64,000 bases of DNA. It comes from Candidatus Hydrothermarchaeum profundi. Its GTDB lineage: Archaea; Hydrothermarchaeota; Hydrothermarchaeia; Hydrothermarchaeales; Hydrothermarchaeaceae. Shown piece by piece: positions 40,452 to 49,539 of the stretch. Where the stretch lies: positions 71,019-135,018 of the forward strand of contig MTMF02000008.1 of the NCBI GenBank assembly GCA_002011125.2, given 5' to 3'. Position 1 is the stretch's first letter, and every line of letters begins with the position of its first letter. The notes under the pieces were generated by a model, which was given only the letters and a program-made list of their open reading frames with translations, was not told where the DNA came from and did no database searches. Made by a program: the position numbers and the translations under genes.

Positions 40452-40612
40452 CGGATTAGAACTTATATTATCACTAATATAACGCTTTTCATAGGTGAGC
40501 GAAGATAGAGGTAAAAATTGGTTCTAGGCCATATAAGAAAAAACTAAATAACCTGAAGATATCCGCCTATACCGTAAAATTTTATAAGATGTTAAACAAA
40601 CCAGAGAGCTAA

Positions 40613-40687
40613 GCCCCGGTAGTGTAGACCGGCCAATCATGCGGCCCTTTCGAGGCCGCGACTCGGGTTCAAATCCCGGCCGGGGCA
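40613..40687 (+). tRNA. tRNA-Glu(TTC)
   Basis: GCCCCGG acceptor, CGGCC-CTTTCGA-GGCCG, GTTCAAATC; TTTATAA promoter at ~40581. Confidence 0.96.
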
Positions 40688-40842
40688 TATTTTTAACTAT
40701 CGTAAAGCTTCGCCTTTAAGAGCTATGAAACAGGAAATTTTTTGGGTATGACTAGAAATATCTATAAAAGGCGGGGTTTTAAAAGGAGTGCTTAGGAGTT
40801 ATATACCTGTCTTTATCCCAATGATAGGGAGGTACTTAAGAT

Positions 40843-41565
40843 TTAGAAATTGGGATAATGGTCACTTTTTCGTATCAACTTAGTTTGAACTGAGTCAAAT
40901 TGATTTTTTTTGGATTTATCATAAAGAATTCGAAATAACCTCTCATATGTTTTTTTTCCAACGCCATCCACATTCATTAAGAATCTAAATCTTCTAAAGG
41001 GTTGATTTTGCTTAATTTTGTATGCTATGTCCCGTCTAACCTTATACTTAGAAACTAATTCGTCAACTTCTAATAAATTCAAAGCTCTGACCATCTTTTT
41101 CTCGACTCCTCTTGGGAACTTTAGATCGTCTAAACATATGTAAACAGGGATATCAAATTTTGAGAGATATTTTTCCATGATTTCCTTCACATCATCCCAC
41201 TTTAGTCCCCCATGAGTAATTCCAAGTGGAGGAAACGCAATTGATTTAATGCCTAATTCCGTGTAATTTTCTAATAAATATTTTAAACCGGATTCAATCC
41301 ACTCAATCTTTGAAGGGTCTTTCCAATGAAACTTTGTTGGAAAATTTAAAATCCAAACATCAGGATATTTATATAGGAATGGTTTTCCCGTCTTTACTTT
41401 TTGCATTTTACATCGAGCCAAATAATCCTCAAACATTTCTGGATATCTCAACCGGTATTCAAGCGCTATACCAGCACCCATTACTCCAACACAATTAACA
41501 GTATTCACGATTGTCTGAACTTTTAAATTAAATACTGTATTATCGGAATATTTCGGATATGTCAT
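40843..41565 (-). CDS. darG: Macrodomain DarG-like antitoxin with C-terminal HhH-like domain
   Basis: IVNTVNCVGVMGAGIA, NFPTKFHW, SIAFPPLG..GGL.W; C-term VDGVGKKT. Confidence 0.88.
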   Translation of the reverse strand: MTYPKYSDNTVFNLKVQTIVNTVNCVGVMGAGIALEYRLRYPEMFEDYLARCKMQKVKTGKPFLYKYPDVWILNFPTKFHWKDPSKIEWIESGLKYLLENYTELGIKSIAFPPLGITHGGLKWDDVKEIMEKYLSKFDIPVYICLDDLKFPRGVEKKMVRALNLLEVDELVSKYKVRRDIAYKIKQNQPFRRFRFLMNVDGVGKKTYERLFRILYDKSKKNQFDSVQTKLIRKSDHYPNF

Positions 41566-42311
41566 TGTGTGTCCTCATAAAAATAAAAGCTCTTGTCTAT
41601 AACTATTGGAATTTCAAGCTCAATTTTTTGTTTTAAACTTACTTTCGCATTTTCATCATATAACACTATTTTCTGAATTCTATCAGGAGGAACTTTACTT
41701 GGTACAAGAACTTCAGCCTGTTTTTTTCTTTTTGATTCTCCATCATAGCATCTTACCTCTGGGGGAAATAATTCCCAAGAAATATCTTTTAATTTTCGAA
41801 GATCGCAAAAAAACCTCGTTTCCTTTGCTGCTGCATTACCATCAGAGATATAAACGCCGGGTAAAAGCAATATGGATCTATCTACACAGAGATAGCAGAT
41901 ATTTTTTTCAAATTCTTTTCTTTTATAGTGCATTGGAGTCTTTTTTGCGAAGTATAGACACACATAGTCATGTATAGGTCTCCCTCCAATATTTTTGTTC
42001 TCTCGGATATCTTGAACACTATCCTCTGCAATAGATTTATGAGGGATCCTATATGCTTCATTGTAACACAATATTCCTTTTTCTAAAATAGAGGGAACGT
42101 TTTCAATTGGGGTTAAGTAATATAATTCCAGTAAGAGATTTTTAAATTCTTCAGGAATATCATCATAATAGTAGTTGAAAATTGAGTCCGGTATACCTTT
42201 GATATCACCATCCTCATATTCTATGATACCTTCATCAGCCATTTCTTCAATAGTAGGATAAACCCGAAAAGGGATCTCTCGATATCGATATTTTAAGTAC
42301 AATTTTTTCAA
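41562..42311 (-). CDS. darT: DarT DNA ADP-ribosyltransferase toxin (DUF4433)
   Basis: YYLTPIENVPSILEKG, HDYVCLYF..KTPM, SDGNAA, QAEVLV; stop overlaps darG start. Confidence 0.88.
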   Translation of the reverse strand: MKKLYLKYRYREIPFRVYPTIEEMADEGIIEYEDGDIKGIPDSIFNYYYDDIPEEFKNLLLELYYLTPIENVPSILEKGILCYNEAYRIPHKSIAEDSVQDIRENKNIGGRPIHDYVCLYFAKKTPMHYKRKEFEKNICYLCVDRSILLLPGVYISDGNAAAKETRFFCDLRKLKDISWELFPPEVRCYDGESKRKKQAEVLVPSKVPPDRIQKIVLYDENAKVSLKQKIELEIPIVIDKSFYFYEDTQ

Positions 42312-42702
42312 AATCTGAGCCTTATTTACTCTACTACTAGGAAAAAATTCAAGATATGCAGATAAAATTTCTTTTTTTTCATTTGGAATTTAAAAATCTC
42401 GCTATGTTTTTTGTTATTAAATTTGTCTTTTTCCAATATTTTTTTATTTTGTAGAAATATTTTTGAAAAAATTTTTTTCACGTTTTTTTAATAAGATTAA
42501 CTTAATACACAGGATATTTCGATATATATTTTTACCATGCTCTCTCTTGGATTAACCATATGCGCCTTGGCGCCGCAAAAAAATGACATGGATAGGCTTT
42601 ATAGGAAAACAGCTTCAAGGTGGTGCTTGGAAGATACTAATTTCTGGTGCGGCGAGGTTGGGGATAGTAGAAAGAGGAATTGCGATGAATGTATGAAACG
42701 CT

Positions 42703-43236
42703 TTACAGGACATCATTCACCTCTAGATAATATTCTCTTATGGTAGATCCAGGCTTGCAACGGTATTCAATGTAGACTTCTTCATTAAAATGCATATTAA
42801 CCAGCTTCGGAGGTTTAAGACATTCTTCTTTTAATATGAGCATCCCTGGCATGTAATCTCTCCAAGATTCCTCGTTACTATACCCAAGTTGGCATTCGCA
42901 TTTCTCATAGAAGTCCATCACGCCGATCATCGAATAAGTTTTCTCATAGTATAGTACCCTGTTCCCCATGTCCCATGTAGAACCGACTAGATGCCCTGGA
43001 AGCTTTATCTCCAACCTATACCCCTTTGAATCCTCCAAGAATGCCTTGCCACCTAATGTTAATATGAGCTTTCCAGATACTGTGACCTCCTCTCCTAAAA
43101 ACGTCTCCGGCTGTTTGACTATCTCCTCAATCGAGGTACCACCTAAGGATGCTTCAATACTTCCTTTATCTATGCATCCCCCAGACAGCATAAATGCAAG
43201 GAGACTAAGTAGAAAGAAGCATACCTTTAGACTCAT
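42703..43236 (-). CDS. Predicted lipoprotein
   Basis: Signal peptide with lipobox SGGC; VTVSG OB-like segment. Confidence 0.65.
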   Translation of the reverse strand: MSLKVCFFLLSLLAFMLSGGCIDKGSIEASLGGTSIEEIVKQPETFLGEEVTVSGKLILTLGGKAFLEDSKGYRLEIKLPGHLVGSTWDMGNRVLYYEKTYSMIGVMDFYEKCECQLGYSNEESWRDYMPGMLILKEECLKPPKLVNMHFNEEVYIEYRCKPGSTIREYYLEVNDVL

Positions 43237-43498
43237 AGGCGCCTTGCAGCTTAATTTCTTCTATTATCTTCTCGGCAAGGTTTCCAAGTCCCTGTTCTGT
43301 AAGCATCTTCTTTATCTTCCATATGGGCAAGGGCAACATAGAGAAGATCTCAACCACCTTCATGCTAACAAATTCCCGTAGCTCCCAGGATCCAACTACC
43401 TCAATGTATGCATGGACCCCGTCTCCCTCCATATCATATATATCTACACTATATACTAGATCTGAATCGCAAACCGGGCAACTTGCCTCAAGAAACAT
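43205..43498 (-). CDS. Hypothetical protein (CPVC)
   Basis: Overlaps both neighbours in the leftward operon. Confidence 0.55.
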   Translation of the reverse strand: MFLEASCPVCDSDLVYSVDIYDMEGDGVHAYIEVVGSWELREFVSMKVVEIFSMLPLPIWKIKKMLTEQGLGNLAEKIIEEIKLQGAYESKGMLLST

Positions 43499-43757
43499 CC
43501 TTTCCTTCCTCCAAACCCTCTAACACCTTCTTCCTTAACTCTGGATCCTCCTTCAAGATTCTAATCAACCTATCCGCTCTTCGATCATGCTCGAAACGTT
43601 CTTTTTCCAATTGTTCTTTCAGTCTCCAAATCGCCATCCTCACTATATCACTTATATTTCCGTATTCCCCCTTTTCCTCAAGGTCTTTTAGCCATTTGTA
43701 AAAGAATGGTTGAACCCTTACATGAAGGGTGTATACTTTCTTTCTTTCGTCTACCAT
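43488..43757 (-). CDS. Ribbon-helix-helix regulator (leftward)
   Basis: TLHVRV strand, LEEKGEYGNISDIVRMAI; GGTGA SD. Confidence 0.8.
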   Translation of the reverse strand: MVDERKKVYTLHVRVQPFFYKWLKDLEEKGEYGNISDIVRMAIWRLKEQLEKERFEHDRRADRLIRILKEDPELRKKVLEGLEEGKDVS

Positions 43758-43875
43758 ACAATCACCTATGTATTATTATAGCATTACATATAAAAATATG
43801 CATTTAAATGGCATTTAAAAGGCGTTACAAAATTCTTTTATCATGTGATTATAATGCATTCTTATGGTGATACAA
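43758..43875. promoter_or_regulatory. Divergent promoter/operator region
   Basis: AT-rich; GCATTTAAA twice, CATTTAAATG palindrome, further GCATT boxes. Confidence 0.55.
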
Positions 43876-44037
43876 ATGGAAAACAACAACGTTAGTATGA
43901 CCATAAGGCTTCCTAAACTACTTAAAGAAAACATGGAAGCCCTCGTAAGGGAGGGGAAATATCAAAGCAAGGGCGACCTAATACGTACAGCTGTTCGAAA
44001 AATAATTGAGCAAGAAAAGGAGGGGGAGGTGGCTTAG
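43876..44037 (+). CDS. Ribbon-helix-helix regulator (rightward, 53 aa, not in ORF track)
   Basis: MENNNVSMTIRLPKLLKENMEALVREGKYQSKGDLIRTAVRKIIEQEKEGEVA; GGTGA SD. Confidence 0.8.
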   Translation: MENNNVSMTIRLPKLLKENMEALVREGKYQSKGDLIRTAVRKIIEQEKEGEVA

Positions 44038-44038
44038 G

Positions 44039-45319
44039 GTGGACCCACGAGAAGTAGGCAAGATAACAAGAGAAGAGGTAGAAGAATACCGGAAGCTCTG
44101 CGAGAAGGACCCGGTATGGAAACAATACCTCGAGTTCAAGCGGAGCAACCGAGTCCAGGACAGGCGTATACTCTCATTCCTAATATTCCTGACCAAGGTC
44201 GAAGGCCGTGAAGCAAATCCCATAACACCAACGGAGCTTAGAGACAGACGCCTATCTGAGATCAAAAAAGGATCAGCGAAAAGCAAGGTCAAACACGACA
44301 TACTAGCATTCCTAGACTACCTAAGACATACATGCAAGGACTGCGGATACTGGATAGAAGGAGACCCACTAGCCCCGGAAAACATGCCGACCATGGCATG
44401 CCCAAGATGCGGGGGAACAAACCTATCGGCAAATACTAGGAACGCCATAGCCCAGGGGGTAAGAGGATTCTTCAGAGCAACAATAGACATGGAAGGAGCC
44501 AGCCCATTCAGGAAAGGCGAAAACTTCCCAGAATACGGATGGAACAAGGAGAAGAAGATCGTGATAACGCAGGAGCTATACGGAGACATGCTAGCGGTTG
44601 CCAACGATATCCAGAGGGTGATCCTTGTCCTGCTAAGGCAGACCGGTATGAGCAGCGACATACTCTACATCAAGGTTACAAACGAGCTAATGAACCAGCT
44701 TAACCAGGAGCCTCTCCCAGAGGTCGTTGTCTTCCCATGGAAAAGAACCAAGGTCATGGGGAAAGACTCACACCCAAGGTATGCGGCTATCTGCGGTGAC
44801 GGTGTAAGAATCATCAAGAGCTGGATAGAATACAAGAACTTGAAGCCTGGAGACTACCTTATCCCCGGGAGAAACGGGAAGCCCATGACCAAAGTGCAGC
44901 TGAGGGTAAACTTTAACGCCGTGGTCAAGAAAGCGGGGATCAAGACAAACGGTGAAAGACTCACGCCTCACGTGATGCGTGCAGCAGCCTTCACAGACCT
45001 TGTCTGGGCGAAGGATCATGACTTCGCCAAGTATGTTACCGGTAAGAACGTGGGAATCGAGATCATAACATACTACAATGGCCACCTAGACGACATCAAG
45101 GCCTTCTATCGTAAGGTCATCCCCCGGATGAATCCCCTGGAGCAGGTGCGCATAGAAAACAAGACTCTCAAAGACCGCCTGGACAGCCTCGAGGCTGAGA
45201 ACAAGGAGCTCAAGTCAACGCTTCAGGCAATCCTTCAATCCATGCATGAGCTAAGAACAGAGCTAGCAGCGATTAAGGGCATGGACAAGGGCCAGCTTTT
45301 AAAGGAAGCAATACTATAG
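44039..45319 (+). CDS. Atypical tyrosine recombinase with Zn-ribbon insert and coiled-coil tail
   Basis: QTGMS, KRTK, TPHVMR, TGK, TYY; CKDC..CPRC; likely GTG start 44039 after GGAGGTGG (ORF track start 44006). Confidence 0.75.
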   Translation: MDPREVGKITREEVEEYRKLCEKDPVWKQYLEFKRSNRVQDRRILSFLIFLTKVEGREANPITPTELRDRRLSEIKKGSAKSKVKHDILAFLDYLRHTCKDCGYWIEGDPLAPENMPTMACPRCGGTNLSANTRNAIAQGVRGFFRATIDMEGASPFRKGENFPEYGWNKEKKIVITQELYGDMLAVANDIQRVILVLLRQTGMSSDILYIKVTNELMNQLNQEPLPEVVVFPWKRTKVMGKDSHPRYAAICGDGVRIIKSWIEYKNLKPGDYLIPGRNGKPMTKVQLRVNFNAVVKKAGIKTNGERLTPHVMRAAAFTDLVWAKDHDFAKYVTGKNVGIEIITYYNGHLDDIKAFYRKVIPRMNPLEQVRIENKTLKDRLDSLEAENKELKSTLQAILQSMHELRTELAAIKGMDKGQLLKEAIL

Positions 45320-45334
45320 AGGGGGTTCTAGGTC

Positions 45335-45517
45335 TTGGTAAAGGTTAGGATCTCCTATAGCGCCAGGCTAGAGGGGGAAGGGGAGGCGACTACCACAGTT
45401 GACCTATATGCTGACATGCCGGTGGAGGATTATGCGTTGCACAGGCTGCTTTGCAAGTATGCCCTTGGGCTGCTTGAGCAGCAAGTAAAGATCTACAAGG
45501 GGGGTGGCAAAAGTTGA
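45335..45517 (+). CDS. Viral hypothetical protein
   Basis: SD, coupled to next gene. Confidence 0.5.
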   Translation: MVKVRISYSARLEGEGEATTTVDLYADMPVEDYALHRLLCKYALGLLEQQVKIYKGGGKS

Positions 45518-45990
45518 ATGGAACGTTTAAGCCAACCCTTGATCGTTCTAGCGTTGATCGGTTTATTGATAATATCAGAAAGATCGGTGGAGATGATAAG
45601 AGCCTACAAAGGGCGCTAGAATGGTTTAACGATCACTTCGAAGAATTCAGGCTTGGAGAGGACCCGGAAAAGGAGGAGCTAAAGAAGAAAATAGAAAGGC
45701 TCGAAGCGGAGCTTGACAGGGAAAGAGAAAGGCTTGAAAGCCTTCGCAACGCCGACCCAAAGGTACTAGTTAAAGAGAAAGAATGGGATGTTAAGAGAGA
45801 CATAGAGAGAGACAAGATAGAGATAAAAAAACTAGAGCTAGAGCTGAAAAAAGAGCTTGCTAGTTCTAAGAATGCTGTTGAGATCTTCAAGCTGCTTTTG
45901 AAGACCGGGAAGATCAACCCGGAGATAACAGACGCAATCAACCACAAGATCCGTAAAGAGTTGAAGCTCGACGCATTGGAGGAGGGATGA
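45514..45990 (+). CDS. Viral coiled-coil protein
   Basis: Long charged heptad stretches. Confidence 0.65.
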   Translation: MNGTFKPTLDRSSVDRFIDNIRKIGGDDKSLQRALEWFNDHFEEFRLGEDPEKEELKKKIERLEAELDRERERLESLRNADPKVLVKEKEWDVKRDIERDKIEIKKLELELKKELASSKNAVEIFKLLLKTGKINPEITDAINHKIRKELKLDALEEG

Positions 45991-46160
45991 AGCATTTGCT
46001 GTATTAGATGCAGGCAATTCGATGTATGCCCCTATAGGCCCTTCTGTTGTTCAATCTGTGGTGACTACTATCCATGCAGGCATCACATGCAACGGCCAGC
46101 CTCGATAGAGCAGAAGATTATCCCAGAGTTCCTAGAGGAGGCGTGAGGTGGTGGAAAGCG

Positions 46161-46334
46161 ATGGTTCTTAGGCCACGAACCATTCTGCTTATCGGGCTTT
46201 TCTACTACTTGCTAGGGATGGCGGGGCTTTACGTCTGGCCGCCCCTACTAGGCCTACATATTACTGTTATGGCTGCGGGCATGGGCATGATGCTCCTCGC
46301 AGTAATAACCACGCTGAAGAAAAAAACGAGATAG
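46161..46334 (+). CDS. Viral small 2-TM protein
   Basis: MVLRPRTILLIG...; SD GAGGTGG. Confidence 0.55.
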   Translation: MVLRPRTILLIGLFYYLLGMAGLYVWPPLLGLHITVMAAGMGMMLLAVITTLKKKTR

Positions 46335-46349
46335 AGGGAGGAATCAAGA

Positions 46350-46466
46350 GTGACGGATGATGCCCAGGTCTGGATTGCGATGCTGGCCCTTTATTGGCTA
46401 CTACTCATGCAAGAACTCGAAATAAGAAGACTCAAAAAGAGCATACAGGGAGGCGGAGAGGGATGA
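46350..46466 (+). CDS. Viral 38-aa TM peptide
   Basis: MTDDAQVWIAMLALYWLLLMQELEIRRLKKSIQGGGEG; GGAGG SD, ATGA overlap with next. Confidence 0.5.
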   Translation: MTDDAQVWIAMLALYWLLLMQELEIRRLKKSIQGGGEG

Positions 46467-46687
46467 GCTATTCCAATGGCAGTAAAGAGGCTAGAGAGTG
46501 GTGGACCCCAGAGAAGAAGGCCACAATTATAGTCCTAGCGGGGGCCCTACTTTCCAGCGCAGGAGTCATAATGGTTGACTCCAGCAACTTGGCTGTGCAG
46601 GTCTTAGGTGTCTTTGCCTTCGTAGCGGGGTTGAATCTTGTGATAGGACAAGTCTACCATGGATACGCCAGGGGGTGTAGGGGATGA
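46463..46687 (+). CDS. Viral 2-TM protein
   Basis: MSYSNGSKEA...; ATGA overlaps on both sides. Confidence 0.55.
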   Translation: MSYSNGSKEAREWWTPEKKATIIVLAGALLSSAGVIMVDSSNLAVQVLGVFAFVAGLNLVIGQVYHGYARGCRG

Positions 46688-46896
46688 GGGACACAGCCAT
46701 TCATTGCTTATTTATCGCTGCTTTCCTCCTGATAGCATTCCTAGGAGTAAGGGGCTTTAACCAAGAGCTCGGACGGAGCCCTGAGGAGGCCCTAGCCTAC
46801 GGGCTACTCGCATTCGCAAGCATACTCGGAGTAGGCATCACTGTGACCTGCCTGGCCATCCAATACCTATACCGCGCCGAGGAAAAGGAGGGATAG
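46684..46896 (+). CDS. Viral 2-TM protein
   Basis: Two hydrophobic segments. Confidence 0.6.
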   Translation: MRDTAIHCLFIAAFLLIAFLGVRGFNQELGRSPEEALAYGLLAFASILGVGITVTCLAIQYLYRAEEKEG

Positions 46897-46900
46897 AGAG

Positions 46901-47041
46901 GTGAGCAGACGGCCACTGTGCGAGGGATGCCGGCGGGAGAAAAACCCCCGAGGAGACTTCTACTGCCCCCGGCTCAACAGCATCATAGACCGCGGGCAAT
47001 GCCTACGAGCCCGAAAACCAAGAAAGGAGGCAATGGGATGA
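46901..47041 (+). CDS. Viral 46-aa Zn-finger-like protein
   Basis: MSRRPLCEGCRREKNPRGDFYCPRLNSIIDRGQCLRARKPRKEAMG. Confidence 0.5.
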   Translation: MSRRPLCEGCRREKNPRGDFYCPRLNSIIDRGQCLRARKPRKEAMG

Positions 47042-47262
47042 AGCAGGTGATACGGAATAAGGCTTGTAGGTTTAGGTATGAGGAAAAGAGAACAAGGTAT
47101 AACCGGTTTTTAGGAGACGATACGAGTCATGTTGTGCCTGAGAGGGGCTACCGTTGCAAACTAAGAGACAGGGTAAAACACGGGCTGAAATGCGACTACC
47201 CCACGCTAACGGATAAGGAATGCCCACGAGCCAACAAGGGTGGTGGAAGTGGGGTTCATTGA
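47038..47262 (+). CDS. Viral basic Cys-containing protein
   Basis: MKQVIRNKAC...; ATGA overlap, GGAGG SD. Confidence 0.5.
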   Translation: MKQVIRNKACRFRYEEKRTRYNRFLGDDTSHVVPERGYRCKLRDRVKHGLKCDYPTLTDKECPRANKGGGSGVH

Positions 47263-47554
47263 AGATTTTCTCTACCTACGTGTAGAGCTTGTTAAGCTCC
47301 AGATATTAATGCTTACAGTATACTTCATTTTCACCGTCCTCATAGCATTTGTCATTAACTTCCTGAAGATCTCTGTCCCCTTCATCTTCTACAGGATAGA
47401 CCCGGAGTTTCTAGAGAAGATATTCGTATTCGAGAAAAAGGACCTCAGAAAAGTCGAATGGATCTTCTATGCAATACTCATTATCTCCGTCTCCATCCTC
47501 GGGATCCTACTCGGGGCTCTGATAAACCTCCATAAAATAATGGGGGGATCATAA
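47240..47554 (+). CDS. Viral 2-TM protein
   Basis: Hydrophobic segments. Confidence 0.55.
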   Translation: MVEVGFIEDFLYLRVELVKLQILMLTVYFIFTVLIAFVINFLKISVPFIFYRIDPEFLEKIFVFEKKDLRKVEWIFYAILIISVSILGILLGALINLHKIMGGS

Positions 47555-47556
47555 GG

Positions 47557-47742
47557 ATGGAGGATTTCCATGTATACAAGGTCGAGAGGACATATAGGGC
47601 AAAGTGCCCTAAGTGCCTCTTCGAGAATACGAAGAAGTTCTATGAGACAGATCTTGGAGAAGAATTCCTGAGCATCTGCTTCGGCTGCGGGTCACTGCTC
47701 AAGTTCAAGAAGGTCTCAAGCGTGGTGGAATATCATGGCTAG
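47557..47742 (+). CDS. Viral Zn-ribbon protein
   Basis: CPKC...CFGC. Confidence 0.65.
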   Translation: MEDFHVYKVERTYRAKCPKCLFENTKKFYETDLGEEFLSICFGCGSLLKFKKVSSVVEYHG

Positions 47743-47941
47743 GAAACCTAGGGAGAAAGCCTTCATTTTCCGCCGCTGGTTTCACCTCCTCCTAACCCTC
47801 TTTGTGAATAGGCTCCCTAGGCCTAAATGCCCTGATATTCTAAGAAAAGAAGTGAGCTATGAGTTCATGGAGAAGGTGGTGATATCATGGAGCCTTCTAA
47901 CCCTTCTCCTAGCCTTTATATTTGAATATATATGGGGGTGA
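47735..47941 (+). CDS. Viral small membrane protein
   Basis: C-terminal TM. Confidence 0.5.
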   Translation: MARKPREKAFIFRRWFHLLLTLFVNRLPRPKCPDILRKEVSYEFMEKVVISWSLLTLLLAFIFEYIWG

Positions 47942-47947
47942 TATGTC

Positions 47948-48154
47948 TTGGCCTTGACTCTAAGGTTTTTCTGCAAAATAAAAGTCGTATATACAAGGGA
48001 TGGGAGGCCCAGGCTACTCTGCAACCAGATGGGGGCCTGCCGTAAGACAAGCTCAAAGTACGTTCTAACGAAGAGCTGCTTCAACCAGGGGCCATACAGG
48101 GATGAAGAAGAGGCCCAGCGCCTAGTATTACCCGGGGTGGTGAATGGGAGTTGA
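47948..48154 (+). CDS. Viral Cys-containing protein
   Basis: GGTGA SD; coupled to next. Confidence 0.5.
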   Translation: MALTLRFFCKIKVVYTRDGRPRLLCNQMGACRKTSSKYVLTKSCFNQGPYRDEEEAQRLVLPGVVNGS

Positions 48155-48822
48155 ATCGCACTAAGATCGAGTGGACAGACTACACCTGGAATCCTGTCAC
48201 AGGATGTCTTCATGGTTGCAACTACTGCTACGCAAGGAGGTTAGCGGAAGGAAGGCTAAAGCACCGGTACTCGGATGGATTCTTACCTACCCTCTGGTTG
48301 GAGCGTCTCAGAGATCCTTATCAGGTAAAGAAGCCTTCTAAGATCTTCGTATGCAGCATGGGCGACCTTTTCGGAAAATGGGTCCCCGGTATCTGGATAC
48401 AAGCTATTCTACATGTAGCACATAAGAACCCGCAGCATACGTTCCAATTCCTCACTAAAAACCCGGAGCGATACAAGGAGTTCGAAAAAGACTTCAGCAG
48501 TAATTGCTGGCTGGGAACAACAATTGAAGGCGGGCAATGGACCCGCTGGGATGATCTTCTTTGCGTGGATGCAAGTGTCAGGTTTGTTAGCATGGAACCC
48601 CTGCTTAGCTTCGATTTCGATGATTTCCAGTACATATGTGAGACAGGGGTAGACTGGGTTATCGTGGGTGCACAGACCAACCCCTATAGACAGCCTAAGA
48701 AGGAGTGGATAAAGGACATCATCTACTTGGCCAAGATGTATGGGATCCCCTTGTTTCTGAAAAACAATCTAAACTACAAGCCCGGGATCCAGGAGTTTCC
48801 CCAGATGGGGGTAAAGCGATGA
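48151..48822 (+). CDS. DUF5131 / phage Gp37-Gp68 family (radical-SAM-like)
   Basis: TKIEWTDYTWNPVTGCLHGCNYCYA, FVCSMGDLF, FQFLTK, FVSMEPLL, DWVIVG. Confidence 0.9.
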   Translation: MNRTKIEWTDYTWNPVTGCLHGCNYCYARRLAEGRLKHRYSDGFLPTLWLERLRDPYQVKKPSKIFVCSMGDLFGKWVPGIWIQAILHVAHKNPQHTFQFLTKNPERYKEFEKDFSSNCWLGTTIEGGQWTRWDDLLCVDASVRFVSMEPLLSFDFDDFQYICETGVDWVIVGAQTNPYRQPKKEWIKDIIYLAKMYGIPLFLKNNLNYKPGIQEFPQMGVKR

Positions 48823-49091
48823 ATCGCCAAGATATCTATGAAGAGGCCCTCTTGAAATGGGGGGCGGAGTCACAGATATACATGTTGATCGAGGAAATGG
48901 CGGAGCTCACGAAGGCGGTCTGTAAGTACTACCGTGGCAAGAGGACCCAGGATGACGTGCTTGAAGAGATGGTAGACGTGGAAATCATGATCGAGCAGAT
49001 GAAGATAATCTTCGACTACAACGGAAGATTCAACGAGTTGAAGAAAAAGAAGCTCAAGAGGCTTCACAACATGCTGCTTGGGAGGGAATAG
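48819..49091 (+). CDS. MazG-like NTP pyrophosphohydrolase
   Basis: IEEMAEL...EEMVDV; ATG 48819 overlapping upstream stop. Confidence 0.8.
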   Translation: MNRQDIYEEALLKWGAESQIYMLIEEMAELTKAVCKYYRGKRTQDDVLEEMVDVEIMIEQMKIIFDYNGRFNELKKKKLKRLHNMLLGRE

Positions 49092-49352
49092 ATGATACGT
49101 AAGGTCGTTGGAGATCTTATTTTCGCCGTCGTCTGTGTGATGGTGCTTTATGGCTTCTTTTGGGTTTACTTCAAGATAGACGACTATCTCTGCGGGGAAT
49201 ACTATACGAGCTGCACAATAGCTTATCCGGACACACTCCTATGTCCTTGGGCGCCGATAGCCATAATGATGCTGCTAAGCTTGCTCCTAGTTGTAGCCTT
49301 CATAAGAGTTGGAAGGAGGTTGGATAATGGAGATCTCCAAGGAAGTTGTTGA
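49092..49352 (+). CDS. Viral 2-TM protein
   Basis: TM-loop(Cys)-TM. Confidence 0.55.
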   Translation: MIRKVVGDLIFAVVCVMVLYGFFWVYFKIDDYLCGEYYTSCTIAYPDTLLCPWAPIAIMMLLSLLLVVAFIRVGRRLDNGDLQGSC

Positions 49353-49539
49353 CACGATTGCTAACTCGATAGAAAGCCTGGAATGCGAGAAATGCGCTCT
49401 CCGTAACTCTTGGATGGAGGCGCAGGCTGTCAAGGAGCTAAAGAAGGAGGTCACCAGGCTTAAGAAAGAGATAAAGAAGATGAAGCGCAGGAACAGGTAT
49501 CTCATTAAAAAGCTCAATCAGATGGGGGTAGTGGATTGA
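49327..49539 (+). CDS. Viral coiled-coil protein
   Basis: GGAGGT SD; CEKC plus heptads. Confidence 0.55.
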   Translation: MEISKEVVDTIANSIESLECEKCALRNSWMEAQAVKELKKEVTRLKKEIKKMKRRNRYLIKKLNQMGVVD

